Shown here piece by piece: positions 13,801-25,500 of a stretch of 64,000 nt of DNA. This DNA is from Amoebophrya sp. A120 (taxonomy: Eukaryota > Protista > Dinoflagellata), in NCBI GenBank assembly GCA_905178155.1, contig CAJINV010000003.1, positions 8,662,179 to 8,726,178 of the forward strand, read 5' to 3'. Below the pieces are notes generated by a model. That model saw nothing but the letters and a program-made list of their open reading frames with translations, did not search any database and was not told the origin of the DNA. Numbering within the stretch: position 1 is the stretch's first letter; each line of letters opens with the position of its first letter. The position numbers and the translations under genes were made by a program.

Positions 13801-16800
13801 GATGGCTTGCGCTGACGGATTAGACGCGGGGATCCTCCTCGCTGGGTTGTTGTATTCCAGAAAGGACGACGCGCCACCGGCCGCCGTGGTTCCGGCGGCC
13901 TTCGACTTCGATGTCGTGGGGCCAGCCGCAACTAGGCTCGATACCCCCCACGCCATCGTGGGGCCAACGCGCTGCTGCGGAAAGGAACAGCTTTCGGTGG
14001 GATTTGTGCCTTTAGCACTCGCACTGCGATCGTATCTCCAACTGGCCAACACACGATCCACTTCGCCAAGGGGGTTCGGATGCTCACGCAGGAATAGCAG
14101 GCCGTTGCGCACGCGGCGGATGTAAGGGAAGACGCAGGCTCGCGGCAGGTCCCGGGGCCAGCTGTGCTGTTTGAGCAGCCGGTCGCGGACCGCTAGTAGC
14201 GGATGCACCTGCTGGAGCACAGCGGCGGCGGTACCCGTGCCGCTGCTTCGGCTCCGACCTGCAGAAAACGAGGACGAGCACGAGCCCCGGTCGTAGTAGA
14301 AAACTGGGAGGAGCGACAGCAGCGCCAACCCAGCCTCGTCCTGGCCGTCCGCTGCCGAAACCTCCACGACCGCGCGCCCTCCACTCGCGTTCTTGGACAA
14401 CACCTTCAAGCCAAAGGGTCCACGGGAGCCTCCACCCTTGGGGCTCGTTGATGTGGTCACCACTTGCTGGATTGCAAAACGCCCGACGAACTGCCACGCA
14501 AAGCGGAGAAGCGTTTTTGCGGCTTCCCTTCCGTGCAGCAAGTCCTCGAGCTGTGCGTCCGAGGCTCGGCGCACAACGAGTCGCAGAAACAACTGAAACA
14601 CAGCGGTCTGCTCTTTGTTGGTGGCGCTCGTGGCGGCAGGACCTGCTGCATCGACTGCGAGCCGAAGCACGGTCTCCAGAAATCGCGCGGCGCGGGCAGA
14701 TTCTGCCCCCGGCGCGCGCGGATCCGCGTTGGCCCGGAAGAGCAGCTCGGGAAAGAACCCCAGCACCCGGCCGTTCGGGCGGACGGGGCCCAGGTACTGT
14801 TGGAGGTGGCACTTCGTCTGCTCCAGCCGCGGACAAAATTCTCGGCGGATCCGGGCAAGGGTCGGGTAGGCCCGGTCACTCACTTCCGCCCCATAGAACC
14901 AGGTGATCAGCTGGTCATGTGCCTCCTGGAGTAGTGCCTGTCCACGAAACGCATCCCAACCGATGTCGTCCTTTTCGTCAGCGGCCTCCGCTTCTAGCTG
15001 CAAAGCGTGTAGCCTTCCTTCGTATAATTCCTGCTCTTCTTGTTCTTTTTGCAGAACGGAGGAAGAAGTTCTTGACCACAGTTCTGTCCCCCGAACTTTT
15101 TCTCCCATTCCTTCGGGCTGCAGGCCTTCCTGTTCTGGACCGCGCCCTTGTAAAGGAGTTGGAGCAGCAGGTCGTCCCCTGGAATGTTCTTCCGCGTCTG
15201 TGATCGACAAAGCGCCACTTTGCAGCTGCTGCTGTTGGGCAAAGCTGCTGGGAGATGTCGTCGGATCCCACACGGAAGCTGGAGAATTCGCGTCGTCCGA
15301 AGCACAGCTGCCACCGGAGTCCTCGTCGCCGCACGCTTGCGCTTGTCCTACTCGACCTAATACGTCATGATCTTCAACATCTCCTCTGTCTTGCTTTTGT
15401 TGAGTTTCCGAAACGCCGCCTGAAGCCGTTATAGGTCCGGCTGAGCCCCCAGCAGGAGGTGCATCGCCACCTTCCCCGTCGTCTCTTGTGCTCTGGTAAC
15501 GACCTCCTGCCGACGAGGTTAAGCTCGTTCGATCGTGATCTCGTCCCTCGACGTCGCCAATGACATCATTTTCCGAGGACAGAGGATGATAGCCATGCTG
15601 GAGGTGGACGCTGTCTGTCTCCTCCTGTGCGAGTTTCGCAAGTTGATGCCAACTGGCGTCTTCCTCATGACGATAGTCGACATTTGGTTGGTCGTAGTGG
15701 TCATCTTCACCATTATGAGCTCTCTCGTTCTCGGTAGGAGCGACGCCACGGTTACGCAGCTGGTAATATGAAGATTGTATTGCAGCAGGGCTATCGACGG
15801 ACTCGGATTCGCCAGGAGCACGCGTGTCACCCTCGTGAAGGTGAAGCTCTCCTGCTCCTTTCAGCGCAGTTCTCGGCTTCTCTACCTCCATGGATCCATC
15901 TCTTGCTGCAGCTGTATCGTGCTTCTCGGTTGCTGTTGTACGAGGAGCAGTGACGTCACGAAGATCAATATGACCCGCAGTGCGCGAATGCGTAAGAAGG
16001 TGAGATCGAGATGCCAAGTCGCTGTCGTGGTTTCCGGCTTCTTGCTTGTAGTCCGGAATGTCGTCGTCCTTCATGTTGTCCTTGTTCACCACTCCTCGTG
16101 GTGACTCCTTTATTTGTTGCGCAAGTTGCAGCGGTACTGCGCCCAACGAAAGATCTTCCTCGTGTTGGTGGATGTCATCTCCAGTAGTTTTGGTACTGGT
16201 GGCGGGCCCTGGTGGGGGATATGCAGCTGTGTTCTCAATCTCATCCCCCGACGGATGCGGATCCAAATCCGTCGGCTCCCCGTCGTGTGAACCGTAGCCT
16301 GCTGATGTACTAGCAGGCGTTATTTCTCCTGTTGGGGGCCACAACTCGCTTTGCTGCAGTTCCCCGTCGTTCCCACGGAGCTCCTGCTGTCCGACAGGCG
16401 GTGCGAGAGGCCCCGTGCCTATGCTCTCTTCTCCCTCTCGCATCCACCACCACCATCGCTGCATCAGAAAAGCGACGACGACTGCGACCGCAAAGACGGC
16501 AGGCCACGTATGGGTCTCTCTAACGGAACATGGACATCTTCGGTCTCATCGCATTCTTGTGTTTTGTTTGTCATGCAAGATAAGATTGATAGCGAAATGG
16601 ATAATCAAATTGAAAACAAAGAGGTGAGCCGCTCACACCTTGTGTAATAAAATCAAAAAGAACCCGGCATCGAAGATTTCGAGGTTGTCCAGGAGCGCAC
16701 CGCAACATCACCTGCCACAAGAAGTATGCAGCTTGGTCTTCAACATCAACTCCGTCGGATGAACATGTTGACGCTAACGCTGGTCCTTCGTGAAAACTCA

Positions 16801-17362
16801 ACAAGAATGAAAGCACGCAAGAGCTGTCGTCCATGTAAGTAAACGTCTGAGAGGGCCATACCACGCACGCCGGAGGCGGTGCACCAGTGCCCGCTCACGT
16901 TGCGCTGCCCGAATCAAGGGTATGGAAGCGCCGATTGGGAAATCGTAAACGTTGTCGTTCTGGATCTGGAAGCGACGTGCCTCCTGGTTTAATTATGAAC
17001 AGTGCCGAGCTAACTGTAGAGTCGTCTAGCATCCTGACCCAAAATAACAGAAAAAAACAGTCTAGTAACTCACAGGTTGAGGCTCAGGTCGGGTCGTGAT
17101 GCCGCGTCACGAGATCTTGGCTCGCATCTCTTGAAGCTGCTGGGCCGAGTAGGTGCCGCTTGACATGCGTGCATATAAAAAAAGTTAGAGGAAAATTACA
17201 CTGCAAAAAATTATTTCAATCTGGTGCTTCCATATCAGAGGGCTTTGGGGTCTGGAGGACAATGATTTTGTCCCTCCTCAGCTGGACGTTAGAACCGGGC
17301 TCGAAGATCTCGGGCCCGGTTATCCTGTGGGAAAAGCTCCCCTCACCGTCGACATGCAGCAT
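1807..17362 (-). CDS. Giant (~3,800 aa) 16-exon hypothetical membrane-anchored or secreted protein; all 15 introns have TAT...ATA-type ends
   Basis: ORFs 12868-16464, 12360-12848, 11311-12033, 9754-10716, 9063-9377, 7843-8586, 3284-7564, 2858-3271 and 1858-2199 join in frame when each element is removed. Example junctions: ANG/ASSASNN, DDR/ASDD, GG/HPAE, SAV/HQSS, FV/PTS, DL/AQTGYNQY/RMM, SDF/FGLVQD, NW/RRPE, FP/LVYQ, IS/SKDK, ED/IVLDAVVRGLAH*. Hydrophobic WPAVFAVAVVVAFLMQRWWWW lies near the N-terminus. The ATG at 17362 and the last exon are the least certain parts. Confidence 0.75.
1846..2074. mobile_element. Degenerate introner (GT-AG intron 1845-2075)
   Basis: Right end carries a full TATGGAAGTGTCAGG..GAAATCGACAAAGTTG family TIR; left end retains only TATG. 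GT-AG splicing gives an open terminal exon. Confidence 0.5.
2351..2512. mobile_element. Introner, perfect DR TGGAG
   Basis: TIR tatcctgtgcaaa(t)aaagtatcg(t/c)actcgta at both ends; frame restored (IS/SKDK). Confidence 0.92.
2572..2892. mobile_element. Introner, TATGG-GTCAGG family, DR GAGGA/AAGGA
   Basis: About 45-bp TIR tatggg.g.gtcaggat..cgaaatcg.caaagttg; frame restored. Confidence 0.9.
3244..3400. mobile_element. Degenerate introner (GT-AG intron 3243-3401)
   Basis: Weak TIR (tat...aaaatttcc.gc); G-TAT...ATA-G boundaries join NW/RRPEEQ in frame. Confidence 0.7.
7576..7854. mobile_element. Introner, DR AAAGT/GAAGT
   Basis: Perfect 30-bp TIR tcctgagtaaaaacgtacccacaccagagt; joins ORF 7843-8586 to ORF 3284-7564 in frame. 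Confidence 0.92.
8317..8628. mobile_element. Introner, perfect DR CGGTA
   Basis: TIR tat.aca.tgaaaaatgcccccacccc.gaa.ttg; frame restored. Confidence 0.9.
8659..9283. mobile_element. Introner, DR CCTGG/CCAGG (GT-AG intron 8655-9284)
   Basis: Degenerate TIR sharing gcaaattgccaa; DL/AQTG in frame. Confidence 0.7.
9344..9665. mobile_element. Introner, perfect DR CGGCA
   Basis: TIR tatcaaaag.aaaaat.cccctccccata.c; frame restored. Confidence 0.92.
9715..9839. mobile_element. Short introner, perfect DR GAACG; sister of 12766-12884
   Basis: TIR (c/t)attccct.aaaat..aaccatc; frame restored (SAV/HQ). Confidence 0.88.
10751..10946. mobile_element. Introner, TATGG-GTCAGG family, decayed DR
   Basis: tatggaagtgtcaggttgaaaatcgac versus tatggtagagcagcttggaaatcgtc; removing element plus 5 nt gives GG/HPAEY in frame. 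Confidence 0.8.
11072..11378. mobile_element. Degenerate introner (GT-AG intron 11071-11379)
   Basis: tat...aaaaacacca at both ends; in-frame join LR/RMHV. Confidence 0.7.
12173..12442. mobile_element. Introner, TCTGGGTCTGG family, perfect DR CACGG
   Basis: 34-bp TIR tatcaaatgcaaa.atgtctgggtctggaagatt; frame restored. Confidence 0.93.
12766..12884. mobile_element. Short introner, perfect DR ACGCA
   Basis: TIR tattccctgaaaattaa..ccatcc; frame restored. Confidence 0.92.
16509..16860. mobile_element. Introner, perfect DR CCACG
   Basis: TIR tatgg..ctctc..acg...acatggac; extends the ORF upstream of the hydrophobic segment. Confidence 0.85.
16921..17234. mobile_element. Introner, TATGGAAG family, decayed DR
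   Basis: tatggaagcgccgattgggaaat versus tatggaagcaccagattgaaat; removing element plus 5 nt keeps an open frame. Confidence 0.7.
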
Positions 17363-19088
17363 TCACCTGACGTTGTAAACATAGACGGTCATGCTTCCCG
17401 CAATACATCGCTTGGGCTTGTTGCCACTTCCTCCGGACGAGGAGGCTCGCATCTATTGCAAGCATCGACGGGTAGTCATCTCATCTTCATCATGCAAGCA
17501 ATATGCTACACCTTCACACGAGATCAAGTTGGAAAATGCGCCATGATGTTCGTTTCGTGTGATGTCCTCAGAGGAAGTGCAACATGCGCATCGGATCTCT
17601 TTCTTCAGTGTGCAAGTTCATGCCACCAGCCACTCCCTCCACCTCGGTGCAGTGGCTCGTCCGGGTATGGGTTTAGTGTGTAGAAGAAAAGTGTCGGTGG
17701 TTTTGGTGTGATGTACACATCCACATGTCCTCTGAAGAAAGTGGCTTTTACACAGGATACCAATCACTTGATATTTATTTGGACTCCGAGGACTGCCATT
17801 CCGGGTCGAGCGACGTATCCACAGAAAAAAAGACCATCTCGTGTCATGCATTTATCTCACACTAGTCCTTTGTTTTGATGCATTCTTTCGATTTATTGCA
17901 TCACTTTCACGTGGGACAGAAATGAGATGCCTATGCTACAGTCTCCCGCATTTGCGTTAAGTGCAGAGCCACTGAATGTTGTGAGCGACCAGACGTCGGC
18001 TAATGCAGAAGATGAAAACTATTCGCCATGATGTCATTGGAACTGCGCACCTTTCACAATGCGTCCGCGTGAAGTTGATGGCCCAACGCCAACGCTGCCC
18101 GAGTTATTTCACGCCAGAGAAATATCATTGCGTCCTCAAAGGAAAGTTCAACATACACTACATGTATGCACTAAAAAAATAAGCACAGTGGTCCTCTGCG
18201 TTGAAGTTAATTTTTCGTATTACTACTGGAGCCGGCTTCCGCTCTATAGCGCGCCGCTTCGGATGAAAGAAACCCCGGTGAAAGCGGATCGTCGAGCGGG
18301 TCAGTCATCTCAGCTGCAAACATGGATCGGTTATCGAGCCCAGCACTGTGCGGAAGCGCTACAGATTGCGACGCTTGGTCTTGTGGTTGGTGGTGCCTTG
18401 TTGCCGCTGAATCGTTAACAGAAGTAGACGCTGAGGCGTGGCCAAAAACTGTCTCGTCCACCTCCTTTACTTTTGGGTTGCGTGACCACTGCTGTTCTCT
18501 GTCAGTTGTACTACTTCGAGTGCATGAGCTCTGGCGAACTTGCTGCGCGAACTGTGAATATCTGGCGTCGGTGCCCGCGGGAAGTGCACCAGGGCCAGAG
18601 GAGCTGGAACTAGCCTCGTTTTTCTGACCAGTGTATACCAGAGATGAAGTGCAGCTGTCATGTGGCTTTAGTTTACAACATCAGAGAGATCAAGAAATAA
18701 GTCTTGGCTGCATACAGTTTACTTGGTCTTGAGCCGGACGCGAACCACGAACGCTATTCGTCTTCTTCCTCCTTTATCGTCTTCAATCTATGTAGTTGTA
18801 TATAAAAATATAGTTTTTCCGCCACACCCCCTAAGCCTAACCGTAGCAAAAGTACACGCATGATACGCACCCCTTCGCCTTCACTTTTTGTCGTCATGAA
18901 GAGAGCAGACATACAAAACCTGCTTCGCGGAGAGGAATACACACTTATGGACACGACTAAGCAGAGCACCACATCAAGATTCGCCGCCAGTATGCATCGT
19001 TTCTGGTTTTCCTTCATGACAACTGGAGCATTGTACTGCCTTAGCCATCGTGGCTCCCGAAAATATAACAACATGCCGTGACGCTCTC

Positions 19089-19176
19089 GCAAAAATCAAA
19101 ATACAATGCGAGTGGGAGTGCAAAAATTAAAATACAATGTAGTGCAAGCTTCTTAGTGCAAAAATTAAAATACAAG
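19089..19176. repeat. Three copies of GCAAAAAT(C/T)AAAATACAA
   Basis: Seen directly near 19089, 19120 and 19158. Confidence 0.8.
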
Positions 19177-19224
19177 AATGGCGGCTGGGCTTCTACGTAC
19201 GTCTTTTTCTTGGCTCTACCACAA

Positions 19225-20325
19225 TCAAGCAGCATTTGCATTCATCACCTGGGCTGGGAATTTGTTCGATAACTTGGCGCCATCACGTTGATATGTCATT
19301 GATGAGGGGCGGTGGCCGCTCGTCGTCCTCGGAGCGATTGCGCTGCCTTCGTTCATGTTTCCTCCACCGGAGAGGACTACACCTACTCCGTCAACATCAT
19401 CACGACCACGAGCGGACTGGGTTCTTGCGTCGAAGCAAACGGGAGCTGCAGCTGTGCTGCTCCTGGGAGCCACTCCGTGCGCCGTACTGATGGCTGCGCG
19501 AGCAGAAGAAGCAGCAGGAGAAGATGCAGAAGAGATTATATCATGAAGATCTTCACGTGGTTCAACGAGACGGCTTTCGTTTGGAAGAGCACTCATCTGT
19601 TGTTCCTGTATCTGGCTAGGCCGCCGAGGAGTCGGAGTCTGTGCAACACCGGGTCGGATCGATGATCTGGGGAGTGTTGACGAAAAGTGGTCTACGCCTG
19701 CAGGTGAGTCTGGAGCGGCTGGAGTGGTGCGGGGCTTCTTGCTGCTCCTCGCGGAGAAAAAGGTCGACGAAGATGATGATGGACAAGGGGGGGCTTTGGC
19801 TGTGGCAGGGTACTCCTGGTGACAAGAAGCTGCAGAAGCGGTCTGTAACATCTCCGTCTCAAGTACTATCTCATCTGCAGAGCCAACAAGTGCGGCTTCT
19901 TTTCGCGCCGCTTGCCGCGAAGGTGCTGCTGTCATATCGGCGACGGACGACGTCTGTGCGCCGGAGGTATTGCTGTAGTGATCCGGTGCCACATTGACAT
20001 TGTCAACGGACGAAGAAAATCTTTGTCGCACGGCTGCGTCTTCTTCGGGACTGCTGCCCTGCACCCCACGATCCTCGGGGCGCGGGTTTGTAGTGAACCT
20101 TTCCGCGGCTGGTATTTGACCTGCAGGCGCCGGAAGCTCTTCATCTTCCCGTCGCCCTCGGCGACCCTTTGGGCTCGGCGGCGCAGGCGCTGATGCGTCA
20201 GCATAATTTTCCTGGTCCCTCCTCGTGTTAAGATCAGCGCTTGCTACTTGCGAGGACGATGAGAAGCCCTTATTCGTGGCCCCATCAGCATCTCCAGTGT
20301 CGTGGTGTGCCCTGTGCTCGTCCAT
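19225..20325 (-). CDS. Low-complexity S/A/P-rich hypothetical protein exon
   Basis: 366-aa ATG-initiated ORF on the gene-bearing strand; no recognisable domain; downstream exons not resolved. Confidence 0.5.
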   Translation of the reverse strand: MDEHRAHHDTGDADGATNKGFSSSSQVASADLNTRRDQENYADASAPAPPSPKGRRGRREDEELPAPAGQIPAAERFTTNPRPEDRGVQGSSPEEDAAVRQRFSSSVDNVNVAPDHYSNTSGAQTSSVADMTAAPSRQAARKEAALVGSADEIVLETEMLQTASAASCHQEYPATAKAPPCPSSSSSTFFSARSSKKPRTTPAAPDSPAGVDHFSSTLPRSSIRPGVAQTPTPRRPSQIQEQQMSALPNESRLVEPREDLHDIISSASSPAASSARAAISTAHGVAPRSSTAAAPVCFDARTQSARGRDDVDGVGVVLSGGGNMNEGSAIAPRTTSGHRPSSMTYQRDGAKLSNKFPAQVMNANAA

Positions 20326-21023
20326 TTTCGCCAGGGCTGAGCGGAGGAGATCGCTGCTTCAACGGCTGCTGTCGTACTGCAGCGCCGCCGCGGCGAGGGT
20401 GAGCATGACCACGCAGGAGCACTGTGATTAATTGTATTCAGAGCCTCGACGCTCCTCGCATCAACAAGCGAAGCAAATGCACTCAAGTGCCTAGTATCTT
20501 CCTGCGTCCACGGTCGTGGCAGGAATTGAGACGCTAGCGCAGGTGCAGGCAGCGCCAAAAACAATCAAAACCTCCACGAAAAGTCCAAACGACGAACGTC
20601 ATTCTACCACAAAACCCAGAAAAAGCATCTCTTACAACTGGAATAGCAAGCTATAATTGCTTTCAGTAGAACTAGAATTTAGTCTGATGCTTCAACGAAT
20701 ATTGGAAAAAAAGAATACACTCGTCCACATTGTATTCATGATCAAGGAGCATCTTTGCTTCATGATCAACATTGACAGGAGCAGAGAAACGATGACGAGG
20801 AGAACGGCTGAGCGTCTCAGCACAGGCAATGAAAGTGATCTGATGTTGTCCTCTGCTTTTACGTTCTTCTTCTTTATTCTCTACTTTGGTTAGAAACTAC
20901 AAGAAGGGCAAGGGAAAATGCAAGTAATTCGCGCACAAAAACAAAGTGAAACAAGACTCGCGAGGACCGTATATAAACAAAACAACGAAGACGTCGAACT
21001 TTGTCCAAATAAACTACACTATT

Positions 21024-22557
21024 TTTATGATCCACATCCTGCTCCTGCGAACATTTGATCGGGAGAGGCGAGACCTATTTTCTCCTGCGACCAGAGGTGG
21101 CAGAGAGACTCCTGCGACCAGAGGTGGCAGCAACGTGGGCAGGGACAGTAGCAACGGAGGAGCCCAAGCAGGCGCTTTATTTAGCCCGAGCAGCAGCTCG
21201 GCGATTCTATCACGGCTCCCGCCAGGAGCAGACCACCAGCTCCGAGTCGGGTGGCTCTTTTCGGATATACCCCTTCCGAAGCTGTATCCAGAACACAGCC
21301 TAACCAGGATCGACGAGGGCGGCGCAGACAGAGGGACTGCAAAAAGTCAAACTCAACGCTCCAAGCAGACAAAGCGGCAAACCGCGCGAGACAGAAAGAT
21401 GGAGCCCACTGTCGTGGCGAGAACCTCAAGAGACTGACCTAGCCCCCTAACGTGGCATCCAAGCCGGAAACCGTCCCTGAGCGAACGAAAGGGACACCCG
21501 AACCAGAAAAGGGAGGACACCCTCGGAGGCCGACTGTCAAAGTCGTCGAGACGCTTCATAAAGCAAAACGCGCCCCATGGGAAAACGGGGAATGTAGTTG
21601 GAAAAGAGAACAGACCACACAACCCTCACCCCTTGTGAGCACAGTAGTTAAGCCTTCCTGCAATGCGCCCAGCGGTAGCTGTTAGAGGGGACACCCCGAC
21701 CCACCGAATTTGCAGCCCAGACCCGTTCGCAGGCGGAAAGAATATGAAATCGAACGAAAGCGCGCGTCCCTTCCAGTAGTAGCGCCGACTTCCGATATCA
21801 ACCCAGGCAAGCCAAGCTGGTGAACCGCCTCTCGTGCGGGAAAAGCCACTACCGTTCCAGCAAGCAGACAAGGGGCGCACCTGGCGCAGAACCTACTTCG
21901 ACAGCGAGAAAGCGAGTCGAGAAACTGCAGACCAATCTGTGGAAAGTACGCTGCTAATACCCCCCCACTGGGGGAGGCCCTCACTAGCATTGCCCTCGCT
22001 GGCCCCCCGCTAACGCAAACTCCCTCCTGCTGGGGCTGGCTAAACAGAACATCGCAAACTTCCCCCCGCTGGGGGAGGCCCTCAGTGGCATTGCCCTCAC
22101 TGGCTATAGAACACCGCAAACTTCCCCCCGCTGGGGGAGGCCCTCACTGGCATTGCCCTCAATGGCCCGACGCTACCGCAAACGTCCCCCCGCTGGGGGA
22201 GGCCCTCACTGGCATTGCCCTCACTGGCCCGACGCTACCGCAAACATCCCCCCGCTGGGGGAGGCCCTCACTGGCCCTGCGCTAAGAAAAGAAGTGAGTC
22301 CTTCACAGCGCAATCCAACATCGCAAACGGCAGACAGCGTCTGCTTTGGCTCCTTCCAACGACCCCACTCAAAGGGGCGGAAGACCAAAAACTCCAGGCA
22401 TTAGCTTCTAGGGATCTGCCAGCCCATATACAAACAAATCAGGGGGAAAACTCCCTTCAGTCACTCCTCGAAAATGATCTACCGGGGTAGATATGTCTTT
22501 ATGATCCACATCCTGCTCCTGCGAACATTTGATCGGGATAGGCGAGACCTATTTTCT
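21024..22557. mobile_element. 1.5-kb block bounded by a 60-bp direct repeat
   Basis: 21024-21083 and 22498-22557 are identical except for one base; no convincing internal ORF. Confidence 0.65.
21960..22280. repeat. Tandem array of ~60-bp units containing the hairpin CCCCC-RCT-GGGGG
   Basis: cccccgctgggggaggccctcactggcattgccctc occurs five times (near 21961, 22064, 22124, 22186, 22247), with a degenerate copy near 22022. Confidence 0.9.
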
Positions 22558-25500
22558 TACTGCTTTCATATGTTTCGTCATTTTTCTTCTTTTTCTCTCT
22601 TCTTTCGTAGGCCGGGCCCCAGCAGTGGCTCGCCAGATCGGGGCAGAAAACCTCGACAGCCCAACACTGTGTGCAAGGGGCACGCGAGGACTAAGAGATG
22701 ACAGTTGCCAGGAGTAAAATCAAACATACCCGATGTTGACAGGAGTGCGCTAGGCTTTTCGTTCGCTATATTCAATTTTTTTTACGCCCACGACGGTGCT
22801 AGACGATGCCCATGCAAGAGACGTACGGAAAATGTTTGCCAAGTGCTCAGCGTGTGCTGGTGTCGCTGGTGCGTCTACGCCCTCTGAGAATTCATCAACA
22901 TCATCATGCAGATCGCATTTCGACATGTTAGAGTTCTTGGTTGTCCGCTACGAAGTGTCCGTAGTACAGAAGGCAATCAGGATCGTATTCGTTCACCTGG
23001 CTTGGCACGTGGTCAAGCAGAGACGTAAACCAACCACCGCGCCACCAGGGAGAATCACGCGGGCGCTCACAGTGGCGCAAGAAGCAGAGGCTCTCCGAAA
23101 CAATGCGCGGCATATGCATGGGAAATGAGTGATCGCATTCGCTGCAGCGGTTGCTCTTGCTGCCACCCCCAATAACTCCGGAGCCATTGCACGGACCTGT
23201 TGCAAGTTCATCAGTGCAGCGAATCCACCCAGCCTTCGCAAGCGCACGGCTCGGAAACTGTTACCAGACTCCCACCAGTTTCGCGGTCGAATTTCATCCG
23301 CCAATTTTTGTTTTTTTTCAGTGAAGCGACACCCAGCATTGTATATTCCGCTTTGACCACCACCCTGCAAAACCAACAGTGGCGCGTCGCCACTATTTTT
23401 GAACCTAAATAATCATGCCAACCCGAAGCGGAAGTCCTGAAGGCACCATTAGGATCGCCGCCGCGGGGAGGTGATCTCGTTTGGCACCAGTAGGCACGAG
23501 CTGGACGATAAAACTCGATCATGTTTTACTTTGCGGCGCACACGAAAAGCACGCCACTCAGTTCCTTGCACTATGAAGCGATTTTTGGTGCAACTGTTTT
23601 TGCGTCGTCGTCATCATGATCTGTCTTCCCCATCATCATGATCATCATCATCGTCATGGGGTGGCTACTCGCATCCAGCGCCACAGGCTAAAAATCCCCG
23701 CCCCCCCCCCCCACGGGGTTGGCAGCTAGAAGGCACTTTTGGCCTTGGCATGTAATAAAAAATATGTCAGGACGAGCTAGCCGCGACCTGTCGCCAACGT
23801 CACACTTCTGGCCTCGGCATGCAAAAAATATGTCGGAAGCTAGCCACGATGAACTGTCGCCAACGTGATATGTTTAAGCGAACCCGCCACCCTACGCCCA
23901 CCATAGTACAGGATAGTGCATAATATCATGTAAAAGTAGTTTGGGCGTACTACACAAATTCGCATGACAAGCAGCGCATGACTTGGAGCTAGAATCGCTT
24001 TGCGAATAGATCGAAGCTTTCCCCTCAATACTGCAGCAAATCGTCGAGCGTCTCGAACTGCTGCAGCTGGGATACGGGCAATGGGTACGCTATGAAGCTT
24101 CCATTGGGGAAAGTGACAAAATGGAATATGCCTTGCGGCGCATCTGCATGAAAAGTCCTTTGTTTTTGTTCGAGTTTTTCCGGTGAACAGTATAGCATTG
24201 CTGATGTACAACTTCTGCATATTCTTTTCGTTATTTTTTTGGTGCGGAAATCATAAAAACGAGAGAGGTTTTGGCTGTGCCGTAAACTAGAGCTACAGTG
24301 TGAATACAGATTCACTGATGTATGCAAGCAAGGGTCTTCGTCCACGTGGAAAAATATTCATCGCAACATGTTGCACATCTTAGAGGTATTTTTAAATTGC
24401 CGCGCTCCTGCCGGTTGGTATGGATTTGCAAAAATGCTCGGCAAGTTAGTTCCACTTTGGCAGTTTCCCCTTGGCGCTACCATATATGCGTTGCGGTAGT
24501 AGCGCTCGTGCACCCAGTCCCGGAGGGCCAGCGTGGTTGTCACGTTGAAGTTATGAAATTGCACAACTCCGCCCCGTCTTCCCCCAAATTTGCAGATCAT
24601 GGTAATGGAAAGCAACGCGAGCAGCATTACAAATGTGGATCGCGTCATGTCAAATCTTCCGCACACGGACCATGGTGCAGAAGTTTATTGGGCAGCTCAC
24701 TCTTGTCACACAAGCCATGCGAGTGCCCGAATTCAAAATCAAGCCTGCATGATTTGGCACTTTGTTGTATGAAAAAAAACCTAGGGTGAGGAGCTGTAGT
24801 TGATGTGCGCTCACGTAGAAGACCTCCCGCATCTGTGTGGTGCGCGTCCAGCCCTGCACTTTTCGCAAGTGCCGCGGTAACCGCGGTTGGAAAAATTGGC
24901 TCTGGCGTAGTGGTGAAAGGCCCTGCTGACCGTCGGAAGGACAATTCAGACCAGCCTGAGCTGAGGCTCCTCGTCGTCGCTGAACGTCCCTTTGCAGTGG
25001 AAGACCACCGTCTAGGATCGGCTCGGTCAAGGGCAGTGTACCGTTACCACCACCACCTCGCAAATCTTCTTCAAAGCGCGCCTTGTTTGGTAGAAGTGAC
25101 GCGGGGAGGATCCGCGGAGCCGATGTGTCTGTCGCGGGGAGAGCTTTTGCGTCGTGGTGTAGATGTGGAAGTGTCAGGTTGGAAATCGAGACTGTCAAAA
25201 ATAAAACGAACACCAATAGCGATGCATAATACTTATTAAAATCGACGCGGACGCCCCCAATGATTGGGCCCATCACCTCTGAGCGGCGCGTGACAATCTT
25301 TGAGACCCCTCCATCCAAATTGCCAAGCTCCTTGAGGCAAAGAACTGCTTTACATCTAGCGACAACCCTACTACACACGCTCACAAACGCCCTCGCTTGC
25401 TTTCTCTGCAAGACAGGCTCCTCTGTGTGCCCCGTCGCATCGAGAATCGCATCACAAAATTCGTTCACATGTTTTCGATCCCCAACCTAACATTACCACA

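Noticed and set aside
21960-22280. CRISPR-like array
   Set aside because: The inter-repeat segments are similar to each other, no cas genes are present, and the context is eukaryotic.
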